A stretch of DNA of 64,000 nucleotides from Bacilli bacterium (lineage in GTDB: Bacteria > Bacillota_I > Bacilli_A > ML615J-28 > CAG-313): contig JAFQFT010000004.1 of the NCBI GenBank assembly GCA_017398545.1, positions 34,704 through 98,703 on the forward strand, given 5' to 3'. This document shows positions 53,991 through 64,000 of the stretch, piece after piece. Every line of letters begins with the position of its first letter. The first letter of the stretch is position 1. A program made the translations under genes and the position numbers. The notes under the pieces are model-generated. The model did no database searches. It was not told where the DNA came from and worked only from the letters and a program-made list of their open reading frames with translations.

Positions 53991-56900
53991 TTGAGAAAAT
54001 ATAAATATATGAAAATTGGGATTGCATCGCCTGAAGAAATTATTTCTTGGGCAAATCCCGAACTTCAAGGAAAAGAATTTAAATACGATCCTAAGAAAAA
54101 AGATAAAGTTACTTATGTTGATGATAATGGTGAAACAAAAGAACTTATCTTAAGAGGTGAAGTTAAGAAACATGAAACCCTAAATTATCGTACTCAAAAG
54201 CCAGAACGTGATGGGTTATTCTGTGAAGTTATTTTCGGTCCAACAAAAGATAATCAATGTGCTTGTGGTAAAACTGCACGTAAGATTGTTGGTGAACATC
54301 GTATTTGTGAAAAATGTGGTGTTGAAATTACTTCTTCAAAAGTTCGTCGTGAACGTATGGGGTATATCGCTTTAGCTGCTCCAGTTGTTCATACTTGGTA
54401 TTTAAGAAATTCACCTAGTAAAATTGCTATTTTATTAGAAATGAAAACTAAAGAAGTAGAAGAAATTGTATATTTAGCATCTTATTTAGTAGTAGAAGTT
54501 AATGATGATATTACTGAATTATCAGTAGGACAAATTTTAACTGAACAAGAACATGCAATGTATAAACGTCGTTTCTATGGTCGTTATAAAGCAACTACTG
54601 GTGCTGAAACAATTAAGTACTTATTAAGTAATCTTAATTTACCACAACTTATGGCAGAAATTCGTTTAGAATTAAAAACTGCTACTAAACAAAGAAAAGA
54701 AAAATTAATTAAGCGTCTTGAAATTGTTGAAGCATTCATTCAATCAAAAACTAATAAACCTGAATGGATGGTAATGGATGTTATTCCAGTTATACCACCT
54801 GATTTAAGACCAATGGTTCTACTTGAAGGTGGAAGATTTGCAACTACAGACCTTAATGAATTATATCGTCGTATTATTAACCGTAATACACGTCTTCGTA
54901 AGTTATTTGAACTTGGTGCTCCAGACCTTATTACTAAAAATGAAAAGCGTCTTTTACAAGAAGCAGTTGATGCGTTAATTGATAACTCAAAACGTAATAA
55001 GAAAGTTGCACAAGAAAAGAATCGTCCTTTAAAATCTTTATCAGATATTCTTCGTGGTAAACAAGGTCGTTTCCGTCAAAACTTACTAGGTAAACGTGTT
55101 GACTATTCAGGTCGTTCGGTTATTTGTGTAGGACCATTCTTAAAGATGTACCAATGTGGTATCCCTCGTGAAATGGCTTTAATCCTATTTAAACCATTCA
55201 TTATTAGTTATTTACGTAAACATCAAATGGTTGATGAAAATCAAGTTGATGTTAATGGTAATCCAATTAGTGAAGAAAAGAGAGATAAAGCAGGTATTAA
55301 ACGTGCTAAGGAGTTAATTGAAAAAGGTGCTCCAGAAGCGATGGATGCACTTGAAAAAATTGTTGTAGAACATCCAGTTCTATTAAACCGTGCTCCTACA
55401 CTTCATAGACTTTCAATTCAAGCGTTTGAACCAGTTCTTGTTGAAGGTAAAGCAATTCGTTTACACCCTCTTTCGACTACAGCATTTAACGCCGACTTCG
55501 ACGGTGACCAAATGCCAGTGCATGTACCACTATCAGAAGAAGCACAAGCTGAAGCTAGAATGTTAATGCTTGCATCTAAAAATATTCTTGCTCCAAAAGA
55601 TGGTAAACCAGTAGTTACACCATCTCAAGATATGATTATTGGTAACTACTATTTAACAATTGAAAGAAGTCAACCAGATAGAATTTATAATACATTTGAA
55701 GAATTATATGAAGCTTATGAATATAGAGTGTTTGAATTTGATAATCAAATCATTGTTAATGATGAAGAATCATATCGTGATATTGAATCGTTAAATGAAG
55801 ATGTTAAGGCTGGAATTGCTCCAAGTGTTGGTAAATTCTTAGTAGTAGGACGTGAAGGTAAAGCGTTTAAAGATATTTCAGAAGTTGAACATGCTTATGA
55901 AAGACACGAAATTGATTTCCATACACGTTTTGTAATGCCTGGTCGTGCAATTGATAAACCATTTGTTAATTTAGATCCAAATGATCCTAAATATGAAGAA
56001 AAGGTTAAATTAAATGAACAATTAAAAGATATGTTTATCGTTACTACATATGGTAAATTAATCTTTAACCAAGTATTCCCTGAACATTTTGTATACTTTA
56101 ATGAAACAGATCCGGATAAAGCGTTAAATAACTTAAGAGTTGGAACTCCAGAGTATTATTTTATTAAACGTGGAACTAACTATAAAGAAGCTATTGCGAA
56201 AATGCCTCTTGGTCAACCTGCAAAGAAAAAGACTTTATCTGCAATTATTTCTGAAGTATTTAAACAATGTAAACTTGCAGAAACTTCACTTACACTAGAT
56301 AAGATGAAGGATTTAGGTTTCTATTATTCAACAATTTCTGGTGTAACTATTTCAGTATTTGACGTTAGAATTCTTGAAAAGAAATATCAACTTATCGCAG
56401 AAGCTGATGAACTTGTTAAGAAATATAATAAGTTGTATCGCCGTGGTATCATGCTTGATTCAGAACGTAAACGTAATGTTATTAAAATTTGGGAATTAAC
56501 TAAGGAATCGATTGAAAAAGAAATTAAGAAAGTCATGAAAGAAGAAGCTTCTATTAATGATATCTTCTTAATGGCGGATTCTGGTGCCCGTGGTAGTTCA
56601 TCTAACTTCGTTCAGCTTGCTGGTATGCGTGGTCTGATGGCTAAACCAAATGGGGAATCAATGGAAATTCCTGTAAAAGCCTGCTTCTCTGAAGGTATGT
56701 CAATGTCTGACTTCTTTATTTCAACACATGGTGCTCGTAAAGGTTCTACCGATACAGCGCTTAAGACTGCTGAATCTGGTTATTTAACTAGACGTCTAGT
56801 TGACGTAAGTCAAGATATTACAATTACATCTGAAGATTGTGGTACTGATAAAGGTTTAGTAATGACTAAACTTTATAAGAAAGATGAAAAAGATCCTACA

Positions 56901-58031
56901 TTTGATCCAAAAGGTGACTTATTAGTTGCGTTAAAAGATCGTATTGTTGGTCGTTTTGCTGCAAAACCTGTTTATGGTAAAGTTGGTAATAAGAAAGTTC
57001 TTCTTGTAAATAAGGGACAATTAATTGATGGTGATATTGCTGACGCAATTGAAAAAGCTGGAATTACTGAAGTTGAAGTAAGAACTAACCTTACTTGTAA
57101 TTGCCCTGTTGGTGTATGTATTAAGTGTTATGGTTCTGACCTTTCTACTAATGGACTTGTTGAAAAAGGTGAAGTTGTTGGTATTGTTGCCGCTCAATCT
57201 ATCGGTGAACCTGGTACTCAGTTAACAATGAGAACGTTCCACTCAGGTGGGGTTGCATCTGGTAGTGATGATATCACACAAGGTCTTCCACGTGTACAAG
57301 AATTATTTGAAGCACGTGCGCCAAAAGGACAAGGTATTATTTCTGAAATCAAAGGTGTTGTTGAATCAGTTGAACTTGTAAAAGACTCACGTTATGAAAT
57401 TAAGATTCATAGTGATATTCCTGATAATGATAAAGTTTATTTAACAGATGCTGGTAAAAAAGCAGTTGTTAAAGTCGGAGATCATGTTGAAGCTGGTGAT
57501 TTAATTAGTGAAGGTACTGTAAATATTAAGGAATTATTAAGAGTATCAAGTGTAGATAAGGTTCAAAAATATATCCTAAAAGAAATTCAAAAATCTTATC
57601 GTACTGCTGCTGCTGTTGAAATTTCAGATAAGCACGTTGAAATTATTGTAAAACAAATGCTACAAAAAGTAGTTGTTATTGATTCTGGTGAAACTAATCT
57701 TTTACCTGGTACATTAATTTCTAAACCTGAATTATATCGTGTATTTAAAGACTGTTGTGAAAATGGAATTCGTATTCCTGCAGTTAAACCAGTAGTTCTA
57801 GGTATTACAAGAGCCTCACTAAAGAGTGACTCATTCTTAGCTGCTGCATCATTCCAAGAAACAACACGTGTTCTTACTGAAGCTGCAATTAGAGGTAAAG
57901 TGGACAACTTAGAAGGCTTAAAAGAAAATATCATTATTGGTGGATTAATTCCTGCTGGTACGGGGCTTGTTGATAAAGTTGAAATTTCTACTGATGAATC
58001 ACTTGACCAATTTGATATTAAAAAATTATAA
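53991..58031 (+). CDS. rpoC: DNA-directed RNA polymerase subunit beta' (1346 aa, with lineage-specific insertions)
   Basis: TTG start 8 nt after AGGAGG. Zn ribbon CACGK...CEKCGVE, catalytic NADFDGDQM, and a second Zn site [11 protein letters not shown]. Confidence 0.96.
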   Translation: MRKYKYMKIGIASPEEIISWANPELQGKEFKYDPKKKDKVTYVDDNGETKELILRGEVKKHETLNYRTQKPERDGLFCEVIFGPTKDNQCACGKTARKIVGEHRICEKCGVEITSSKVRRERMGYIALAAPVVHTWYLRNSPSKIAILLEMKTKEVEEIVYLASYLVVEVNDDITELSVGQILTEQEHAMYKRRFYGRYKATTGAETIKYLLSNLNLPQLMAEIRLELKTATKQRKEKLIKRLEIVEAFIQSKTNKPEWMVMDVIPVIPPDLRPMVLLEGGRFATTDLNELYRRIINRNTRLRKLFELGAPDLITKNEKRLLQEAVDALIDNSKRNKKVAQEKNRPLKSLSDILRGKQGRFRQNLLGKRVDYSGRSVICVGPFLKMYQCGIPREMALILFKPFIISYLRKHQMVDENQVDVNGNPISEEKRDKAGIKRAKELIEKGAPEAMDALEKIVVEHPVLLNRAPTLHRLSIQAFEPVLVEGKAIRLHPLSTTAFNADFDGDQMPVHVPLSEEAQAEARMLMLASKNILAPKDGKPVVTPSQDMIIGNYYLTIERSQPDRIYNTFEELYEAYEYRVFEFDNQIIVNDEESYRDIESLNEDVKAGIAPSVGKFLVVGREGKAFKDISEVEHAYERHEIDFHTRFVMPGRAIDKPFVNLDPNDPKYEEKVKLNEQLKDMFIVTTYGKLIFNQVFPEHFVYFNETDPDKALNNLRVGTPEYYFIKRGTNYKEAIAKMPLGQPAKKKTLSAIISEVFKQCKLAETSLTLDKMKDLGFYYSTISGVTISVFDVRILEKKYQLIAEADELVKKYNKLYRRGIMLDSERKRNVIKIWELTKESIEKEIKKVMKEEASINDIFLMADSGARGSSSNFVQLAGMRGLMAKPNGESMEIPVKACFSEGMSMSDFFISTHGARKGSTDTALKTAESGYLTRRLVDVSQDITITSEDCGTDKGLVMTKLYKKDEKDPTFDPKGDLLVALKDRIVGRFAAKPVYGKVGNKKVLLVNKGQLIDGDIADAIEKAGITEVEVRTNLTCNCPVGVCIKCYGSDLSTNGLVEKGEVVGIVAAQSIGEPGTQLTMRTFHSGGVASGSDDITQGLPRVQELFEARAPKGQGIISEIKGVVESVELVKDSRYEIKIHSDIPDNDKVYLTDAGKKAVVKVGDHVEAGDLISEGTVNIKELLRVSSVDKVQKYILKEIQKSYRTAAAVEISDKHVEIIVKQMLQKVVVIDSGETNLLPGTLISKPELYRVFKDCCENGIRIPAVKPVVLGITRASLKSDSFLAAASFQETTRVLTEAAIRGKVDNLEGLKENIIIGGLIPAGTGLVDKVEISTDESLDQFDIKKL

Positions 58032-58047
58032 AATAAATAAAATTTAT

Positions 58048-58079
58048 AGCATTGTAAAATTTTTTACAATGCTTTTTAT
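58048..58079 (+). terminator. Intrinsic terminator after rpoC
   Basis: AGCATTGTAA / TTACAATGCT stem plus a T-run. Confidence 0.8.
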
Positions 58080-58137
58080 TATGTTACTTTCAAAAAAATG
58101 AAAAATATGTTATAATTATAAAAAAGGAGGGAATATC

Positions 58138-60459
58138 ATGTTTGCAAGTGTAGTAATTAATGTAACTAGTTCTAATGTAGACCAAATGTACGAATATCTT
58201 GTGCCAAGTGATATTGCTCCTTATATTAATATAGGAGCAAGAGTAAATGTTGAATTTGGTATAGGAAATCGTCTTGTGATGGGATATGTATTAGATGTTT
58301 ATGAAGAACGTAAATTTAAAGGCGAAATTAAGCCTATTATTGAATTATTAGATTTAAAACCTATAATTACACCCCTACAATTAAAATTAGCAGAGTATTT
58401 AAAAGATGATACGATTTGTCCATTAGTTAGAGTTTTAAATTTAATGATACCTTCTGCGCTTAACTTAAAAACGTATAAATATTTGATTGTTAAAAATTCA
58501 TCTAATATTGATGCGACATTAGTTGAACTATTTGGTGGAAAAGAAATAATTCAAGTAAATAAGAAATTAGATGGATATCACAGTAAAATCTTAAAAGAAA
58601 TTAAGAATGGGAATATTGAAATTAGTTATGAAACTAAACAAATAGTAAAATATAAATATGTTTCTAAATATGCTGTAAATATGACTAATTATTATAATTA
58701 TTTAAATACGATTAGAAACCCATTAAAAGTAGATTTTTTAAATCAATATAAAGATTCAGTTATGTTAACAGAAAATGAAATTTTAGATAATTATGAAATT
58801 TCTGTTTATATGTTAAAAGATTTAGTTAAAAAAGGTTTTTTAGATGTTAAAAAAGAACGCACTTTAAGAATTAAAACTCATAATATAGCTGTTAGTGAAT
58901 TAATTGAAGATGAAGAAAGTGAACTTGTTAAATCTACAAAAGAAAAATTCTTAAAAGAGTCTAATATTCCTTATTTATATATACCATCATCAAATAGAGA
59001 AAAAGAAGATGTGATGTTATCATTAATTAAAGAAATGATTATTAAGGAAAAGAATGTTGTTGTTATTTGTGCTGATATTTTAAGTAGTGTTAAATATGCT
59101 AGTTTAGTAAGAAAACACTTGGGTGTAAATGTTGCGTGTATTAATTCTAGAGTATCATCAGGTGAATATTTAGATTATTACACAGAAATATTAAATGATA
59201 ATTATCAAGTAATTATTACTACTCCTAAAGGTGCTTTCTTACCATATCAAAATGTTGGAATGTATTTTATGATGGATGAAGAAAGTGATAATTATTATAA
59301 TGATCAAAGTCCAAGATATGATCTTCATAAAGCAATTTATTTTTTAAGTTTTACTTCGAATGCAAAATTTATTATGGAGTCTATTTCTCCTGCTGTATCT
59401 ACTTATTGTTATGGATTAAAAGGAATTTATAAAATTGTTGATAATAGTAATGTGTCAGTTAATACAAATGTTGAAGTTGTAAATATGTTAGATGAATTAA
59501 AACAAGGCAATAATACATATTTATCAAAAAGACTTAAAAATGCTTTAATAAAAACTAAACAAAATAATCTTCAAAGTTTACTCATTGTTAATAATAAAAG
59601 CTATAGTAATTATGTATTATGTCCTAGTTGTGGAGATGTTCCTAAATGTCCTAATTGTGAAATAAGTTTAAATTACAATGAAAATAAAAATATTTTGTTA
59701 TGTCCTGCTTGTGGATACCGAAAAGATTTTTTATATAAATGTGAAAAATGTTTTAATACAGCCCTACGTTTTGGTGGAATAGGGATTGAAAGTGTTCATG
59801 AACTTATTGAAGATAATTTTCCAGAGTTTAAGACTTTATGTATTATAGATAATAATAATTTTGAAGAATTTAGTCTTCAAATGAGTTTGATTGAAGATAA
59901 AAAGGTAGATGTTATTATAACTACTGAAACTTTTTCAAGAAGTATAGTTAACAATAATATAGGAACTGTAGGCATTATTAATTTTGATTCTGTTTTAAAA
60001 ACCCCTAGTTATGATGCAGATAGTAGAGCTTATAATCTACTTGTATATAGTAAAGAACATGCTAAAAATAATAATGGTAAATTAATAGTTCAAACAACAC
60101 ACGTTGATTCTAGTGCACTTGTTAATTTTATTACAGGTGATTATAAAGCATTTATGAAAACAGAAATTATGAATAGAAAGTTAATGCATAATGAACCTTT
60201 CTATCATGTAAATAGAATTATAATTAAGACATCATATGGTGAAATGTTTAAAGTTGCAAATAATATTAAAAAAGTATTAAAAGAATTATGCGATAAACTT
60301 TACATTATTGGGCCTACATATTCTAAGGAATATGGTGGTGGTGTTTTAATTGTAAAACATAATTATAGTAAAATTAATGATGTATATAAAGCAGTTTATG
60401 AACGTTATCAAAATAGCCAAACTGTCATTATATTTGATAAATATCCAAGAAAATTATAG
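58138..60459 (+). CDS. priA: Primosomal protein N' (PriA) homologue with degenerate helicase motifs
   Basis: N-terminal 3'-DNA-binding domain (VVINVTS...QMYEYLVP). Cys-rich Zn region CPSCG..CPNC...CPACG...CEKC. The Walker A position reads IPSSNREKED and motif II reads DEES. Confidence 0.8.
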   Translation: MFASVVINVTSSNVDQMYEYLVPSDIAPYINIGARVNVEFGIGNRLVMGYVLDVYEERKFKGEIKPIIELLDLKPIITPLQLKLAEYLKDDTICPLVRVLNLMIPSALNLKTYKYLIVKNSSNIDATLVELFGGKEIIQVNKKLDGYHSKILKEIKNGNIEISYETKQIVKYKYVSKYAVNMTNYYNYLNTIRNPLKVDFLNQYKDSVMLTENEILDNYEISVYMLKDLVKKGFLDVKKERTLRIKTHNIAVSELIEDEESELVKSTKEKFLKESNIPYLYIPSSNREKEDVMLSLIKEMIIKEKNVVVICADILSSVKYASLVRKHLGVNVACINSRVSSGEYLDYYTEILNDNYQVIITTPKGAFLPYQNVGMYFMMDEESDNYYNDQSPRYDLHKAIYFLSFTSNAKFIMESISPAVSTYCYGLKGIYKIVDNSNVSVNTNVEVVNMLDELKQGNNTYLSKRLKNALIKTKQNNLQSLLIVNNKSYSNYVLCPSCGDVPKCPNCEISLNYNENKNILLCPACGYRKDFLYKCEKCFNTALRFGGIGIESVHELIEDNFPEFKTLCIIDNNNFEEFSLQMSLIEDKKVDVIITTETFSRSIVNNNIGTVGIINFDSVLKTPSYDADSRAYNLLVYSKEHAKNNNGKLIVQTTHVDSSALVNFITGDYKAFMKTEIMNRKLMHNEPFYHVNRIIIKTSYGEMFKVANNIKKVLKELCDKLYIIGPTYSKEYGGGVLIVKHNYSKINDVYKAVYERYQNSQTVIIFDKYPRKL

Positions 60460-60467
60460 GTGATAAA

Positions 60468-61382
60468 ATGTTAAAAATAATTTTTATGGGAACACCTGAG
60501 TTTAGTGTTCCAATTTTAGAAGCATTAAATAATAAATATGAAGTTGTTGCGGTGGTGACACAACCTGATAAAGAAGTTGGACGTCACCGAGTGTTAACAC
60601 CAACGCCAGTAAAAAAATATGCCGTTGAACATGGTTTGGTGGTGTATCAACCAGAACATATCAAAGAAGAATATGAAAATTTAATTAATTTAGATGCTGA
60701 TTTGATTGTTACTGCAGCATATGGACAGTTTGTTGGTACAAAATTATTACACAGCCCAAAATATAAAGCGATTAATTGTCACGCATCACTTTTACCTAAA
60801 TATCGTGGCGGTGCTCCTATTCATCAAGCTATTAAAGATGGATGTGATTATACGGGCGTATCAATTATGTATATGGAAAAGAAAATGGATGCAGGTGATG
60901 TATTAAATACTGTTAAAGTAAAAATAGAAGATACTGATAACTGTGGTACGATGTTTGAAAAATTAAGCCTTGCCGCAAGAGATTTACTTATGGAAACTAT
61001 TCCTTTATTAATAGAAGGTAAAATTAATCCGGTAAAACAAGATGAAAGCTTAGCTACTTTTGCGTATAATATAACAAATGAAGAAAAAGTGCTTGATTTT
61101 AATAAGACTGCAAGATGTGTGTTTAACCATATAAGAGCATATAATCCAAATCCAATTGCTTATTTTGAATTAAAAGGTGATCAAATTAAAGTGTTTGATT
61201 CTGCTTTAGTTGATGAGGTTACAACTGAGGCTCCTGGTACTATTTTATTACATAAGAAAAATAGGTTAATGATAGCTTGTGGCGAAGGTACTGTGTTAGA
61301 ACTTTTAACTATCCAACCATCTGGTAAAAAAATGATGAGTGCTCGTGATTTTATTAATGGTGGTTTAAGAAAATATTTATAG
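60468..61382 (+). CDS. fmt: Methionyl-tRNA formyltransferase
   Basis: IFMGTPEFSVPIL, HASLLPKYRGGAPI and a C-terminal domain. Confidence 0.95.
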   Translation: MLKIIFMGTPEFSVPILEALNNKYEVVAVVTQPDKEVGRHRVLTPTPVKKYAVEHGLVVYQPEHIKEEYENLINLDADLIVTAAYGQFVGTKLLHSPKYKAINCHASLLPKYRGGAPIHQAIKDGCDYTGVSIMYMEKKMDAGDVLNTVKVKIEDTDNCGTMFEKLSLAARDLLMETIPLLIEGKINPVKQDESLATFAYNITNEEKVLDFNKTARCVFNHIRAYNPNPIAYFELKGDQIKVFDSALVDEVTTEAPGTILLHKKNRLMIACGEGTVLELLTIQPSGKKMMSARDFINGGLRKYL

Positions 61383-61391
61383 GAGAAAATT

Positions 61392-61922
61392 ATGGAACCT
61401 AAATTATATTATTCAAGAGATGAAATGAAACGACTTAATATTGAAAAATTAGAAAGTCGTGGAGTAACTGTATTAGAAATAGCTGAAATTGCATATAATC
61501 AACAACTTAGATATAATAAAGATGTCGATATTAATGAATGCATTTTAAGTGTTGAAAAGATTTTATCACTTCGTGATACATTTCATTTATTACAACTTGG
61601 TGCTGAAATTGATAGACTTGCAGAAATGGGACTATTTGAAGGACCTATTCAAGATATTATATTTAATGATTTAGGTGTATTTGGCGTTGATGAGATATTT
61701 GGTCTTGATATCGCACGACTTTATGGTGCGATTGGTCAAACTAATTTTGGTGATATTGATGTAAATAAACCTGGCATTGTTAAAGCATTAAATGAAGCAG
61801 GTAAACCTGGAAAACCTAGTTGTCATACTTTTTTAGATGATATTGTAGGTGCGATTGCAGCTGCGGCTGCAACTAGAGTTTCACAAATTATTTCTGAAGA
61901 AACTGCAAAAGGTGAAAAATAA
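61392..61922 (+). CDS. Phosphatidylglycerophosphatase A-family protein (YutG-like)
   Basis: CHTFLDDIVGAIAAAAA and LYGAIGQTNFGDIDVNKPGIVK blocks. From memory, these resemble B. subtilis YutG/PgpA-family proteins. Confidence 0.6.
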   Translation: MEPKLYYSRDEMKRLNIEKLESRGVTVLEIAEIAYNQQLRYNKDVDINECILSVEKILSLRDTFHLLQLGAEIDRLAEMGLFEGPIQDIIFNDLGVFGVDEIFGLDIARLYGAIGQTNFGDIDVNKPGIVKALNEAGKPGKPSCHTFLDDIVGAIAAAAATRVSQIISEETAKGEK

Positions 61923-61924
61923 AT

Positions 61925-63118
61925 ATGGAGTCGATTAGAAAGTTATATAAAATTGGTAATGGTCCGTCTAGTTCTCATACTATGGGACCTGCTGTTGCGG
62001 CTGAGAAGTTTTTAAATGATACTCCTGATGCAGATAGTTATATTGTAAAACTTTATGGAAGTTTAGCTGCAACTGGAAAAGGTCATTTAACTGATGAAAT
62101 CATCTTAAGAATTTTGGGAAAAGAAAAAACAAAAATTCATTTTAAACCTGAAGTTGTATATAGATATCATCCTAATGGTGTTAAATTTGAAGCATATAAA
62201 AATGGTGAAAGAATAAAAAAATGGCTTGTATTTAGTGTAGGTGGAGGAAGTTTAAAAGAACTTGATGAGTCACGTGATGAATTTAGTGATGAAACTTATC
62301 CACATAAGTCAATGGAAGAAATAATTGAATATTGTGAAGAAAATAATCTTAATTTTTATCAATATGTTTTAAAATATGAAGGTAAAGAAATTTTAGATTA
62401 TTTAAAAGAAATTTTATCATCAATGTTTAATGCGATAAACAGGGGACTATTTACAAATGGAATTTTGCCAGGTGGATTAAATGTAGAAAGAAAATCTGCT
62501 AGTGTATATAGTGAATATTTAAAATATCCATCTCATGAAACGCTAGTATATGCTGCTGCACTTGGTGTAGCGGAAGAAAATGCAAGTGGTGGTGTAATTG
62601 TTACAGCTCCAACATGTGGAGCATCTGGTGTTGTACCAGCTGTTTTATATGCTGAAAAAATTAGAAATCATGTAACAGAAAATAAAATATTAGAATCTTT
62701 ATGTGTTGCGGGATTAATTGGTAATTTAGTTAAAACTAATGGATCAATATCTGGTGCTGAAGTAGGATGTCAAGGAGAAGTTGGTGTTGCTTGTGCGATG
62801 GCTGCTGCTGCACTTACTTACATAAAAGGTGGAACATTAAGAGAAATTGAATATTCGGCTGAAATTGGTTTAGAACATCATTTAGGAATGACTTGTGATC
62901 CAATTGATGGATTAGTACAAATTCCTTGCATTGAAAGAAATGCAATGGCAGCTATGCAAGCTTATAATTGTGCTAATTATGCAATTCTTACAAAAGGGGT
63001 TCATAGAATTACCTTTGATGATGCTATTGAAGTAATGGAACAAACAGGAAGAGATTTACGAGAAGAATACCGTGAAACTTCAAGAGGTGGTCTTGCGTAT
63101 AGTAGAAAGAGGAACTAA
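61925..63118 (+). CDS. sdaA: L-serine ammonia-lyase (iron-sulfur-dependent), single-chain
   Basis: IGNGPSSSHTMGP N-terminus. The alpha-domain block TAPTCGASGVVPAV and Cys ligands are present. Confidence 0.85.
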   Translation: MESIRKLYKIGNGPSSSHTMGPAVAAEKFLNDTPDADSYIVKLYGSLAATGKGHLTDEIILRILGKEKTKIHFKPEVVYRYHPNGVKFEAYKNGERIKKWLVFSVGGGSLKELDESRDEFSDETYPHKSMEEIIEYCEENNLNFYQYVLKYEGKEILDYLKEILSSMFNAINRGLFTNGILPGGLNVERKSASVYSEYLKYPSHETLVYAAALGVAEENASGGVIVTAPTCGASGVVPAVLYAEKIRNHVTENKILESLCVAGLIGNLVKTNGSISGAEVGCQGEVGVACAMAAAALTYIKGGTLREIEYSAEIGLEHHLGMTCDPIDGLVQIPCIERNAMAAMQAYNCANYAILTKGVHRITFDDAIEVMEQTGRDLREEYRETSRGGLAYSRKRN

Positions 63119-64000
63119 TGGAAAATAAAGTTATAAAAGAAAAATACATTGAAAAAGGTGAAAGATTTAAAGTAACTTTTTCAGGATATACTCATGAAGG
63201 ACTTGCAATTGCCAGAATTGATGGAAAAGATAGAAAAGGTGTAGAATATACTAATTTTCCTTTATTTGTGTTTGGTGCATTAGATAAGGAACAAGGTTTT
63301 GTTGAAATAACAAAAATGTCAAAGACTTATGCGTATGCAACTATGTTAAGATTGTTTGATGAAAATCATTCGCCTTACCGCAATAAACCAATATGTCCTA
63401 AATATGCAGAATGTGGTGGTTGTAATATTATGCATATGACGTATAAAGGTCAACTTCTTTTTAAGGAACAAATGGTTAAGGATACACTTAAAAAACTTGG
63501 TGGCTTTGATAACTTAAATATTGAACCTGTAGAAGGAATGTTTGGGAAAAATCTTTATTATCGAAATAAAGTTCAAGTTCCTGTTGGATGTGTTAAGGGG
63601 AAAACAATTTGTGGTTTTTATAAAAGAGAAACACATGATATTATTCCGTTGAATGAATGTTTTATTCAAACTGAATATTCTACTGAAATTGTTAAGTTTA
63701 CAAAAAATGTACTTTGTGAATTTGGCGCAACAGGTTATAATGAAAAAGTTGATAAAGGTGATTTAAGACATATTTTAGTTAGAAAAAATCATAATGAAAG
63801 TGAATATATGATTGTTTTAATTGTTAAGTCACTAGAATTTATGAAGAAAAATGATTTAAATATGGCAATAGATAAAATCGTTAAACGTTATCCAAAAGTT
63901 GTATCTATAATATTGAATCTTAATGATAAAAAAGGTAACACAATTTTAGGTGATAAATGTGTTACAGTATATGGGAAAGATACAATTTGTGATGAACTTT
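63118..64000 (+). CDS. 23S rRNA (uracil-5-)-methyltransferase RlmCD/RumA family, 5' part (partial, runs off the window)
   Basis: ATG 63118 overlaps the sdaA stop by 1 nt. A TRAM-like N-terminus is followed by the Fe-S cysteine cluster CPKYAECGGCNIMH. The frame stays open to the window end. Confidence 0.8.
   Translation, partial: MENKVIKEKYIEKGERFKVTFSGYTHEGLAIARIDGKDRKGVEYTNFPLFVFGALDKEQGFVEITKMSKTYAYATMLRLFDENHSPYRNKPICPKYAECGGCNIMHMTYKGQLLFKEQMVKDTLKKLGGFDNLNIEPVEGMFGKNLYYRNKVQVPVGCVKGKTICGFYKRETHDIIPLNECFIQTEYSTEIVKFTKNVLCEFGATGYNEKVDKGDLRHILVRKNHNESEYMIVLIVKSLEFMKKNDLNMAIDKIVKRYPKVVSIILNLNDKKGNTILGDKCVTVYGKDTICDEL

Noticed and set aside
1-64000. Possible Mollicutes genetic code 4 (TGA = Trp), given the extreme AT-richness.
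   Set aside because: Conserved genes end at TGA where orthologues end, for example ftsY at 13958-13960. No conserved CDS needs read-through of an in-frame TGA. Code 11 fits all genes.
1-64000. CRISPR arrays, tRNA/rRNA genes, transposases, integrases and prophage genes.
   Set aside because: I found no regularly spaced direct repeats, no tRNA-like T-arm (GTTCGAATC-type) or rRNA signatures in any intergenic region, and no recombinase-like ORF in the track.

Overview
The window is very AT-rich and reads as a low-GC Bacillota chromosome (Erysipelotrichia- or Mollicutes-like). It uses genetic code 11, since TGA acts as a stop (for example at the end of ftsY). Nearly all genes lie on the + strand.

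Most of the window is core housekeeping:
- sftA-like ftsK, lepB, rbgA, rnhB and topA
- the SRP genes ftsY-ylxM-ffh
- ruvA/ruvB and queA
- a complete glycogen operon glgBCDAP, then pfkA
- metG, then rplM-rpsI
- the Bacillus-type block cysS-mrnC-rlmB-sigH-rpmG-secE-nusG ... rplKAJL-methyltransferase-rpoBC
- priA, fmt, a pgpA/yutG-like gene, sdaA and the 5' part of an rlmCD/rumA-type gene

Three accessory patches interrupt this backbone:
1. 1-4900 holds two Flg_new-repeat lipoproteins and an AbiEi/AbiEii type IV toxin-antitoxin (abortive infection) cassette. Both insertions are bracketed by duplicated flanking DNA.
2. 28.8-34.3 kb is a surface-protein and lipoprotein island with unassigned non-coding elements.
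3. 42.95-46.83 kb is a three-gene island (TerB-like protein, tandem GNAT, membrane-tethered XRE regulator) wedged into the usually invariant nusG-rplK junction.

I found no rRNA, tRNA, CRISPR array, transposase or integrase.

The most interesting signals are:
- a self-contained C-rich sRNA unit between topA and ftsY (RsaE/RoxS-like architecture)
- a PriA whose helicase P-loop is degenerate
- a MetRS with QLGN in place of HIGH
- the nusG-rplK island
- the AbiE cassette with a duplicated terminator-promoter module

I cannot substantiate a wholly new multi-gene system from sequence alone. The nusG-rplK island and the non-coding elements are the best candidates for follow-up.
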